A DNA stretch of 59,141 nt, counting the filler, from Sphacelaria rigidula (lineage: Eukaryota): assembly GCA_964200075.2 (NCBI GenBank). It is 9 parts of 9 records of this genome, joined end to end, with 100 filler letters (N's around TTAATTAATTAA, not from the genome) between each part and the next. Parts side by side here need not be neighbours in the genome. Positions count along the whole stretch, not along the records: positions 32,914 to 39,395 come from CAXNAA020019817.1; positions 39,496 to 45,977 come from CAXNAA020019818.1; positions 46,078 to 52,559 come from CAXNAA020019819.1; 6 more parts are not named here. One strand, written 5' to 3'. The translations under genes and the position numbers were made by a program. Positions 36,101-46,924 of the stretch are shown one piece after another (the stretch's first letter is position 1; each line of letters begins with the position of its first letter). The notes beneath the pieces are model-generated. The model had not been told where the DNA came from and did no database searches. It saw nothing but the letters and a program-made list of their open reading frames with translations.

Positions 36101-37388
36101 GGCCGTTTCTTCCTGTTCGTATTTCCCCCTCGTATTTTGCAAAACACGAGGAAAAATACAAGATGGCTACTTATGGTTCGTCTTTTCACAAGATTCTCGG
36201 GGGGGAAGTACGAAACGAGGAAAAAATTACAAGATGAACCCTCCTGGCTCGTATTTTGCGTTGTATTTTCAAAATACGAGACGATATCGACTTGTATTCT
36301 TCTCTCGTATCTTCCATTCGCGGAGCGGCGAGACTAGCAACACCCGCCAGCCCTGAAGATGTTTGTGACTTATGTCATATGCGGGGCTCTCCTGACAGCA
36401 GTGCCAAACATCCCCAGCGACGTTTACACACTGGAACAAACTTTGCTTCGCCATCCCGGCGCACGCGAGATGTCGTCGAGGGTTGATGATATATTGGCAT
36501 CGACCGTGCTCTCGAAAACCTGCAGCACGGACAGTACCCAGCGCAGAGATTACAGGATACTGTCTGTGCTGTCCCATGCAGTGAGTTGTAGGTTTCAGTT
36601 TGCGCACAACAGTAGAACGTAGGTTGTAGTGAAATGATGCGCACAACGTGAGATATGTGGATAACGTGCAACACAGACAACACTTGGCAATACTGTACTG
36701 TCTGCACTGCCGCATTTGAACAGTAGGATCCATATGCCATGCTGCACCTATCGACTGCCGAAAATGATCTCGACAACGTGTAGTGCAGGCAGTACAAGGC
36801 TTGTACTGCCTCATTCAACAGTACAGAGGTAAATGTCAGTTTGCCAGTAGTGTACAACGGCTGCACTAAATATGATGTAGACAACGTGAAGCAGTACAGT
36901 ACTGTCTGTACTACCGTATACGGCAGTATACATGCGCACATGTCAGATTGCAGAGGGTAATATACAACGGCTGCACGAAAATTGATGTGGAGGAGTGCAG
37001 TACAGATAGTTCCAGACAATACTACTGTCTGTACTGCCGCATACGAGATACGGCAGTATGGGATGAAGATGGCAGGTTGCACACAGTACGAGCTGGGCCA
37101 GCAGCGATCGGGGGAGGTCCAGGTTTCACGTCTTTTAACATCAACGGAGGAAGCTTGGCATGGCGAAGTCTTTAGGTCTTTGTACCTCGCCTTCGCGTGT
37201 ACACCCTTTTGAATTCCGTTGACCGTACTTTTGGTACCCCCCCTCTCTTTTGGTACCCCACCCTCCTCAAAAATTCATCTGGAACCGTAAGGCAGGGTCA
37301 ACATCCGTCATTGTATTTTCTGAGCGATATTTTTTCCTCCTAATTTTTGCAACATACGATGGGAAAATACGAACCGGAAGAAACGGCC
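36101..37388. mobile_element. Non-autonomous PIF/Harbinger-like element, 1288 bp, TAA target-site duplication
   Basis: TAA-GGCCGTTTCTTCCTGTTCGTATTT ... AAATACGAACCGGAAGAAACGGCC-TAA. Internal GTACTGTCTGTACTGCCGCAT sub-repeats; no transposase motif. Confidence 0.85.
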
Positions 37389-39301
37389 TAAGGAAGGCTG
37401 GTTCTTATCGGAGGAGATCGTCCTTTTCTCGAAAACTGCCCTTTCAAAGGCGATTGCCCCCACAACGACCAGTTTGAGTCTTACCGAGAAGCAGTTTTGT
37501 CCACCCCGAAGCCGAGATCTGCACACAGGTTCAGAAATGCGGCGGCTCTGTACTGCCATTTTAGGCCGTTTCTTAACCCTTCGACGGTGACCCCCCCACA
37601 GGTGGACTGAGTCGGACTATACCACATTTGAGCTTCAGAATAGCTCTTTTCTCGCCACACGAAAGGCCTTGTCGTTATACCATCTTTGATGGCAGTCACC
37701 AATCTCAATTTTTGCGCAGATAGGGGGAAAAAATCGGGAAACGCATTTATGGATCCCGATCTGGGCCAAATCGGGGGGGGGGAAGATCGGAGTGTCACGA
37801 TTTCAGAACGATTCCACCAGCTACTCCCGATTTTGAGTAGGTGACGTACATACATTGACGGACGATGGTAGAGAAAGAGGCGTTTGATATATGTGCAACC
37901 CCGGCAGAAGACAGTCTCGTGACAGCGGAGGCCGTGCCTGCCCGCGCCAGCTGCTGGAGCAGCTTCACATGGGGTTCGACAAGCGGATGAGAAGTGTTGA
38001 CGCTGTACCTTGCGGCGATGGTGATACATTATGCTGCACTGCGCTGCCATACTTATCACCACAACGAACGGTACTGTACTATCCTAGTCCATTGTCGCTG
38101 TACTTGCAGGGTAATGTATGGCACTGCACTACTGAACTCTCCTCGTACACTGTTTGTTCACTGTTCTTGCAATACCGACTGTGTCATCATGTATTATCAC
38201 ATATCATGATGTACTGTGATGGAGTGTCCTGCACTGTATTACCCCAGGGTGCCACTGTACGACACTGTGCTCCAAGTATTATTCACCGCCTGCCCCCTCT
38301 TCGGCTTCACGAGTACGCGATACCACACTAATGCAGAAAATGACTGCTTGGGTACATAACCATTTCCTAAATCTGTGAGACCATAAAACGCTTCCCACGG
38401 ATTCGAGTTCCGCGAATATGAGTCCCCCCGATTTTGCAGAAATCGGTATTTCCACAGAATCGAGTTTCGTTTCCATAAAATTCGGTCTTGACATGTGGAT
38501 GTTTGGCGTCTATACAGAAAATAGTTCCCGAGGACTCCTGATCGGTTTTGACCCTGCAATCAGTTGCGTGCAGAGTCAGTATGTGTGCTCTATGTCTTCG
38601 CTGGATACAACGGCAACAAACAGCCAGCGTGTCATCGCTCTCCACTGAGCCACTGAGCACAGTCTGCTGCATGCTGATGATGTCTCCGCTTAGTGTTCCA
38701 CAACAACACTACAGTGTGATGCAATGCTGGCAACGCATGAGGGGTCAGGCAGGCGCCACAGACCAGTCAGACCAGAAAGCACGCCGTTTGTCTCCATGTC
38801 ATCTATGGTTGAAATGCCAGTGCGAAAATGTGAAATACGGCTAGGCAGCGAAGTAGTCCACCTGTAGTCCATTTGTAGGGGAACAAAGTGACCATTTTGA
38901 TAGCCGTGATGGGTTAGAGTTGTCACTCCGCTCTTCTGGGGTCTCCTTCTCGGCTTGTATTTTTCCCTGGGAAACTTCCATGCACACATGGTTGACTTGG
39001 TAAGATTTTCGGCTGTACTGCAAATAAACGCACCCTCTGTCAAAAACCACCCTCCGCCCCCTGGAAAACCTCGGATGTCCCTGGACTGTCAGCCGATGGA
39101 GTTCCGAGGCGACGCTCAGAGCCATATTTCATTGAAAAGCTCTGAAAACTGCGAGATTTCTTCAGTCCGCGAGTCTTAGCCAAATCTGGCCCAGAAAAGC
39201 GGTCATTTTTTAGTGAGATCAAACTTTTTGAAAAGTGGCGCTCCATCACACACTCCTCGCATACAAGTGTAGTACAGTTCATGTAAGAGTAGCTACGCAT
39301 G

Positions 39302-39336
<35 letters not shown>

Positions 39337-41406
39337 GTCGTCCCATTCATTCTGGGCGCCAGTCTGCCCCTTTCGGGATATGTGGGCGCATCAGCNNNNN
39401 NNNNNNNNNNNNNNNNNNNNNNNNNNNNNNNNNNNNNNNTTAATTAATTAANNNNNNNNNNNNNNNNNNNNNNNNNNNNNNNNNNNNNNNNNNNNGGTCT
39501 GTATGGCTTGTCACGTTCACTAGTCCTCGCTAACCACCGGAATATTTGTTTTCTTCAATGTGGGTCTGTAATGATATCCCGTTCACATGGTGCAAGCGAC
39601 TCGCCAACCACAGGTTTCGCTCTGCTCCCTGTTTGACAGTGATAGTTGTAGTGATGAATTTGCAAGTGGCAGCGGATGTTGTATCTAGTATGTGTCCGGG
39701 ATCATGCTCAACAACCGGCATTGCCCCCGCCCCAGACACAGTATTTCCGCAAGAGCAGCTGAAACATGTCTCGCGACAGGAGCCACGTGGAAAGAGTAGT
39801 CAGCAATCAAGAATGGAATGGTCGTAGATTCGGACGACTTGAGAAGTGTCTCCTGGACATTCCAACACCAGTATCCGGGGCCGCTTTAATAGTCGTCGGA
39901 AGGTACCACCCTCACCATGTAGCCGTGGTTCTTGAACGGAGTCATCGATAGGCAGACACCAAGTAGGACTGGGTATATGTTTCCAGACGTTTGGACGCAT
40001 GACGTGCTTTATCGGCACGCGAAGTACGTGCACGGCACATGTGATTGTAGTGGTGCATGAACGCCGCCTTTGTGATGGGGGTATCACACGTGAGGGTTTG
40101 AGGTCATCACCATGGAAGAACTTGTTTACTGTATGTGCGATTGCCAGGAACATGACGAAAACAAATAGTCATACAACGCATAATGGACAGTTTTTTCTAT
40201 GGCCAGCATCTGATGCGTATCTTTCTCACGCGTCTACGTTCCTGAAGCGGTGCAACGATGGTCCTGTGAGCTGTTCACTTTTACCGTCCGGTTCACAGAC
40301 AGTCACTCCAGGCCTGTGCCCGGCTGAGGGATGGTCACGTGAGAGCTTGCCATGCGCGTCACATGAATTCATTGTTTTAATACATCTCGATATCGCATTG
40401 AGCACACCCTCGAATCTCGCTCAAGTGGATGTGCTCGGACGAAACAGAGCGTTGTGTTGTTGGCGATGGAACAGCACAGTACACAGGTTAGCACGCGCAG
40501 AAAAGCATTGGCAAGCGTCTCTGCAAACGATTGTGTTTGATCGAAGTGTCCTTACGAGTGCACGCCATTTTGTCTTTCGAGAGTATGCGTATCGCCGTTC
40601 TCCCCCTTCAATCAAGGTCCTGAAGCACCATGTGCCGGTCGTGCTGCGAGTGGGCATTTTTTGGCCTTGAAGACACAGCTGCCTCGGACCACATATGAAC
40701 GAAATGAAGGGTAAAGTGTTGTGTTTTGCCTGACCGCGGGTCCGGATTTACGAGGTTTTCACGGGAGAACCATACAATTGTCAAGCGTGCGCAGGCGCAC
40801 TGCTGATCGATTCCATGCACATCTTTGCACATGACATGCTTGGCGCACACGTAAATGGTGCTTGGAGGGTAATGGGATGTTCGTTTGACTGAGATAATGG
40901 AGAAGACAAGTGCACCATGTCACAGGAATTTGGAATGGGATCAGATATCACAGTAACAGCAGATAAACGGCAGGTCTTTCCATCTGCTTAGGCACTTTCT
41001 TCGTCAACTGGCACCAGACATTTACAGTTGACCTTGAAGCACCACCAATACAGTAACCCACGCGTTGGGCACGACAGGACATGAAACATCTCCTCACTTG
41101 AGAGCGCATGTACCGTACATATGTACAATACCTACTTTCTTCAGAACGTCTATGCTAAGGTAGCATACCCGTTGATGTGGCACTCATTTCGCGGTATTCG
41201 TGAACTACGTGTTCATTCCAGAGAGCCTGCGTTCGATGCACGTGGAAACGTACTCCCTCTGATCGCCAATATAAGCAAGGTTTGTACTACATGCTCCATG
41301 CAGGCAATATTGGACGCCGGATGAACTCTGTATGTATAACCGGATAATGGAAGAACACAAAAACATTCAAAACAGGCGAGGATGATTCGTTATCAACCCC
41401 TGGTTG

Positions 41407-41428
41407 CCTAACCCTAACCCTAACCCCT
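41407..41428 (-). repeat. Short interstitial telomere-like (CCCTAA)n; also a degenerate (TTAGGG)n at 30696-30725
   Basis: CCTAACCCTAACCCTAACCCTA and GGGGTTAGGGTTGGGGTTAGCGTTAGGGTT. Confidence 0.7.
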
Positions 41429-43694
41429 ACACTAGGGGGCCAGCAAGGAGGTATCGAATCACTTCCTCCTGCCCAGAATTGTTGAAATTGTTGCGCTCTG
41501 GCCCTTGGACTGCACTCCCAGCAGCAGGCATGCCTCACCACACGATGGGAAGGGGTGGTGATGTTGAGCTACTTCTGCTGGAGGAAGATAACCCTTTTCG
41601 GAGGGAAATATGAAAACACCGGCTCTAGTTGTTCTGCATGAACGCGGAGGAACCGCAAAAAAAACCGTTCGCAAAACAACTATCCTGGAGCCGAGTTAGA
41701 CCGCGTGTTGTCCTTACCTCCCTGATATTCGCGATCAGAGGGAGTACATGTTTACCGTACGATGTCTGTCGGACACAGGCTGGATGACACCTCAATAGGC
41801 CAAATGGTACGTCCAACAATGGTGATATTCTGGTAGTCTAGAAGACATTTCCCCAACGGTTGGTCAGATATCAGCGCGTTTCGAATATTTTACCCTTGAA
41901 CACGGGATTTTACAAGTGGGGGATGGTTTGTTTTCGGGGGATGGACAACGTCTAACGTTGGATCAAAGAATGCAAAAACTATTTCGGGGTATCCGTACAG
42001 ACCGCCATGTATCGTAAGCGGATTGTTAGATGCACTTTGGATTGAAATCTATCCGAAGATCGGACAGAACCCAATTCTATATATATTTGTATGTACATGC
42101 GTGATCTCATACCCTTCAGTAGTTTTGATGGGCCCCACGACGTCCCGAGTAGATCCAACGGCGAGTTACGATTGAAAAGAAATGGATTTAGAAAGTAATC
42201 TGCACTCACCATTGAAACCAATGTTACACGGATGCAAGGGACGTTTTGCATTCGTGCCATCCAGTCGGATTGCAAATACAGACGATGTCCTCCCACAGAC
42301 ACTTTTCATTGACTACCTCTACGTGGTCTCAGGCTCCCCATATCTTACAGTCAACTCCCACCATGGACGTTGCTTCCGCGGCCCGGCACTGGCTCGCGTC
42401 GCTGCCGCTGAACGCCCTCCGAAACCTCGGGTGACTATCCAACAAGTAAAAACACAATAATGTCAAAGAATCGCTTTTGCACTTCCCGGTCCAACTTTTG
42501 ACCTTGTCCATCCCCTCGAAAAATCCATCCCCCATTTGTAGAAGTTGTCAGGCATCTGCCGGTTTTTAGAAGGGCTGTAAAGGAGAGGATTTTTACGGCA
42601 AAAACCGCCGTCATGTCGGCGTCATCTAGAATGTTTGCACCAATCGTGTACAGCCATGATCTACTCATCCAACAGATGTGCAATGCACTGTACTGAAAGC
42701 CTTGTTTCATATCCGAACAGTTTCGCGGCCCGCCCAGCTCCCGGCGCTTTCCTGGCATGACACTCCGACCCTGGCGACAACAAGCATGTACTACCATGCA
42801 CACCATGTAGATGCGAGACGAACCGAAATTTATGAAGTGGAAGTGACTGAAGCAAATATCAGGTAACCCGACATATGAACCCACCTGTGGTTGAAGTAGA
42901 AACTGGAGCAGTACATTACTGTTGGATTCCACGGTATCCGATATGATTGAAGACATGAAGATACTCGTGCACAGGAGCACATATGCGCGTGTAATAAGGT
43001 TTGGCAGATATGTACACTTCTTTGCGTGTGTGCACATGCCAGGTTCGGTATCCAAATCGATATAACTTGCTTTCGACGGTCGCTTGTACCGCTGTTGAGA
43101 ACGAAAGACATTCGTGTTCTATATATATCTTGAAGCCGTAAAATAGAACAGGATCGAACCAGGCCAGTAGCTCGGGTGATGATCAGGCATCTTCGAGTTC
43201 AGGACGATTTCCCCTCACTTTGTTGGTGTATATGATCTCCTCTAACGTTGTCAGATATTCTGCATGTGTAGCGCAACTTCCCAAAATGTTGGCAGGTGTT
43301 TCGCAAGCCTTGAGTTTTTACTGCATGTATCATGTCCGGTGAATCACGACTTGGTATTGTTCGTTCAAGCTCGTCTGCTTTCATTTACCTCTTGTATCCT
43401 TTCAATGCTATATGTACTTTAGATCCATACTGCCGTATTGGTGAGGAAGTCCCAAGCGCTTGAATTACCTTGGGCACTTGAGTTGTAGTCGTGGCGATCA
43501 GTTTATGTAAAGTGTCATTTGAGTAAGTAAGTACGTAAGTGTAGGTAGCGCCTCTTCTTCCCGTTGATGTGCGACGATAGCGTTTTTTTCCGAGTCGTTT
43601 TCTCCTGCAGCTGACGGGAGAACTCTCCGGTGTTTTGCCAATTGTGCTACCGCGAAATGTTACTTGTCTTCAGAAACACCAAGCGACCAAACTG

Positions 43695-45500
43695 ATGACC
43701 CGCGTGTCGAGCAGAGAGTGCATCAACGACGGCTGCTCAAAGCGGCCGAGGTATGGTGTAGCGGGGAGCAAGAAGGCGGAGTTCTGCTCTCAGCATGCCA
43801 GGGCGGGGATGGTTGATGTGGTGAGGAAGAAATGCGGCGACGAGGGCTGCTGCAAGAACCCCTTGTATGGTGTAGCGGGGAGCAAGAAGGCGGAGTTCTG
43901 CTCTCAGCATGCCAGGGCGGAAATGGTGAATGTTGTGAGCAGGACGTGTGGCGACGAGGGCTGCTCGAAGAAGCCGTCGTATGGTGTAGCGGGAAGCAAG
44001 AAGGCGGAGTTCTGCTCTCAGCATGCCAGGGCGGGAATGGTGAATGTGGTGAACAGGACGTGCGGCGACGAGGGCTGCTCGAAGAACCCCTCGTATGGTG
44101 TAGCGGGAAGCAGGAAGGCCGATTTCTGCATAAAACATGCCTGGGCGGGAATGGTGAATGTGGTAAACAGGACGTGCGGCGACGAGAGCTGCTCGAAGAA
44201 GCCGTCGTATGGTGTAGCGGGAAGCAAGAAGGCCGAGTTCTGCTCGAAGCATGCCAGGGCGGGAATGGTGAATGTGGTGAACAGGACGTGCGGCGACGAG
44301 GGCTGCTCTAAAAGGCCGTCGTATGGTGTAGCGGGAAGCAAGAAGGCGGAGTTCTGCTCTCAGCATGCCAGGGCGGGAATGATGAATGTGGTGAGCAGAA
44401 CGTGCGGCGACGAGAGCCGCTCGAAGAAGCCGTCGTATGGTGTAGCGGGAAGCAAGAAGGCCGAGTTCTGCTCGAAGCATACCAGGGCGGGAATGGTGGA
44501 TGTGGTGAACAAGACGTGCGGCGACGAGGGCTGCTCCAAGAACCCCTCGTATGGTGTAGCGGGAAGCAAGAAGGCGGAGTTCTGCTCTAAGCATGCCAGG
44601 GCGGGAATGGTGGATGTGGTGAAGAAGACGTGCGGCGACGAGAGCTGCTCGAAGAAGCCGTCGTATGGTTTAGCGGGAAGCAAGAAGGCGGAGTTCTGCT
44701 CCCAGCATGCCAGGGCGGGAATGGTGGATGTGGTGAGCAAGACGTGCGGCGACGAGGGCTGCTCTAAAAGGCCGTCGTATGGTGTAGCGGGGAGCAAGAA
44801 GGCGGAGTTCTGCTCTCAGCATGCCAGGGCGGGGAGGGTTCATGTAATGAGCTACAAGTCTAGCAAAGAGGGACGCTTGAAATTGGACATTCTCAATAAT
44901 GCCAACCTTGATGAGGCAATAATATGCCAACAGTATCCCACTGCGCGTGAAGTAGCTACAGTATACGACATGGAATACCGCAGCTCTGGGGAGGCCAGCT
45001 CCACCCGCACTACAACCGACGGTGATGGAGGAAGCGTTGCTGGCGTCCGAGGAACAAAACGCAAGCGCGCACCATGCTTGAGTTCTGGTACAAGCGATGT
45101 TACTTATGCTCGACGTAGTGTACATCCTGTTGCCAGGCGTAGTGGTAGTGGTGTAACACCACTGTTACTTTCGGGCCAGCTACTCTCAGGGGCTGATCGT
45201 GGGGTGCCTTCCGTGCTCAGGGTAGAAGCAGGAATGAAGGTAGAGATGGCACCTCCCTCTCCCACACACGAGGGCCCTGGAATGAGAGAGTGCAGCAAGC
45301 ATACTGACCCTTTGAAGGGTTGGAGCAGTGCAGGTGCTAAAAGTAGCTCCAGCAGCAACAGTTGTGGTGTGAGTGCGGGACGGCTAAATGGTTCGCCGGT
45401 GGTATGCGGGTCTGTTGGCGGATTTGTTGGTGTAGAATCAGTAGAGACGTTGGAGAGTTCAAGCGTGAAGTTGGAGCTAGGGATGGCGTCTGACAGATGA
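43695..45500 (+). CDS. EsV-1-7 domain tandem-repeat protein (10 C-x4-C-x16-C-x2-H repeats plus low-complexity C-terminus), single coding exon
   Basis: Uninterrupted ORF from ATG 43695 to TGA 45500. The 38-aa units CGDEGCSKxPSYGVAGSKKAEFCSxHARAGMVxVVxxT match the EsV-1-7 Cys-rich repeat of brown algae and phaeoviruses. Upstream acceptor-like sites (TCTCCTGCAG ending 43610, TCTTCAG ending 43673) allow for an upstream exon. Confidence 0.92.
   Translation: MTRVSSRECINDGCSKRPRYGVAGSKKAEFCSQHARAGMVDVVRKKCGDEGCCKNPLYGVAGSKKAEFCSQHARAEMVNVVSRTCGDEGCSKKPSYGVAGSKKAEFCSQHARAGMVNVVNRTCGDEGCSKNPSYGVAGSRKADFCIKHAWAGMVNVVNRTCGDESCSKKPSYGVAGSKKAEFCSKHARAGMVNVVNRTCGDEGCSKRPSYGVAGSKKAEFCSQHARAGMMNVVSRTCGDESRSKKPSYGVAGSKKAEFCSKHTRAGMVDVVNKTCGDEGCSKNPSYGVAGSKKAEFCSKHARAGMVDVVKKTCGDESCSKKPSYGLAGSKKAEFCSQHARAGMVDVVSKTCGDEGCSKRPSYGVAGSKKAEFCSQHARAGRVHVMSYKSSKEGRLKLDILNNANLDEAIICQQYPTAREVATVYDMEYRSSGEASSTRTTTDGDGGSVAGVRGTKRKRAPCLSSGTSDVTYARRSVHPVARRSGSGVTPLLLSGQLLSGADRGVPSVLRVEAGMKVEMAPPSPTHEGPGMRECSKHTDPLKGWSSAGAKSSSSSNSCGVSAGRLNGSPVVCGSVGGFVGVESVETLESSSVKLELGMASDR
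43719..44858 (+). repeat. Coding tandem repeat, 10 x 114 bp
   Basis: Near-identical 114-bp units with no indels. A degenerate 11th unit follows (SSKEGRLK...AIICQQY). Confidence 0.95.
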
Positions 45501-46099
45501 TGGATGATGAATGGTGCTGTTCGTTGTACTGATCTTGTTGAGATTACGCGGGGGGTATGCCGAACGCCAGCTTTCACGGCCGGCCCCCTCAAACAGAACG
45601 TGGCTGGTACAGATTGGTTTGCTCTCTCGATGCGGAGAAGCTCAAGCTGTGGGGTCCTGATATCCCAATGCTATGTTCCACCAGTGTGTCGTGGATCCCT
45701 CGTTCTGTCAGTTGTGATCGCCATGTGCCTTGCAGTCATGTGCCGAGTGCTACCCCAAGGTAGATGCACTGTGGAAGTCGGCCCCCCAATGAACCGTGAC
45801 ACTGCTCTTGACGTACAACTCATGCAGCAAATAGATTTAGCTTTCTCTGGATGATGCAATGCGATTTTCGAGGTGTATGTCTCGAGCACCACGATGAAGG
45901 CACGGAGATGGAGAGAGGCGTTCGACTCATCACCCTCGTTCATTTCACGCCTGCATGTGTATCCCAAACCACAGCGCNNNNNNNNNNNNNNNNNNNNNNN
46001 NNNNNNNNNNNNNNNNNNNNNTTAATTAATTAANNNNNNNNNNNNNNNNNNNNNNNNNNNNNNNNNNNNNNNNNNNNTTCATACTCCCCCCCCCCCCCC

Positions 46100-46362
46100 C
46101 CCACGCCCTCCTCGGGACGACGAGTCCGTGGTTTCAAGGGGGTTAACCCCCATCTATTCCCCGGTACGCGCCTTGCATTTTAGTGCGGTGCGGCACCGCA
46201 TCGACTTGGGTCAAACAAACTCAGTCGTCGGCTCGTGGTTCCGCTTTCAACCACGGAGATCAGATACTCCGAAGAAGAACCAAACCGCATCCGGCGGGAA
46301 TTGAACCCGCGTTCTTTCCACCCTAGTAGTGTCCGATGTGCCCGTACACCATCGAGGCGCGG
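46100..46362 (-). mobile_element. tRNA-derived SINE-like element; distantly related sequence at ~57990-58250
   Basis: The minus strand has an A-box-like GATGGTGTACGGG and the B-box GGGTTCAATTCCC, with no intact cloverleaf. ATCAGATACTCC and a GACGAGTC end are shared with the contig 9 copy. Confidence 0.6.
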
Positions 46363-46924
46363 CGGCATGATCTACAGTGGGAGGAAACGTGTACCCGCCT
46401 CCTTCGATCATTGGAAGCGGCTACTGCACGCCTAACGGTTACACCGTAATTTGTTTTTGTTCAACTTGCGAGCACGTCTTGCCGATCATCCGTGGCCGTG
46501 CGGTGTCTATCTTCGCCCATGAGGGCTACACTTCAAGAACCCCCGAGAGCGGCAGGGCACACAAAATTCTCAACGATTAGCATGGGCTGTCGAAGGGTTA
46601 GATCGCTCACCCCTCAATTCTTTGCTTGCCGATCTGCTCGGGCTGTATGAGATATACACTTAATATATCCGAGCGTTTTGCGTCCACTGCTTTTGTGCTT
46701 GTCATGTTTTGATCGGGCGGGAGCGTATATACCGTTTGTACCGTACTGCGGCACTGTGCTGCACTGTACGGTACAGTGAGCAAGCTAGCCCTTGAAATTT
46801 TTCTGCACCCTTTCTCATTCATTGACAAATAGCGCACTGATCGTCAACGCAGAAAAATCATTTAGTCCGCGGGCAGAGGGCTACATAATTGGTGCTTCTT
46901 CAAAATGCGTTTTTTGTCATGCAG

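Noticed and set aside
43737..44797. Long antisense and alternate-frame ORFs (285, 159, 145 aa)
   Set aside because: Shadows of the 114-bp coding repeat.
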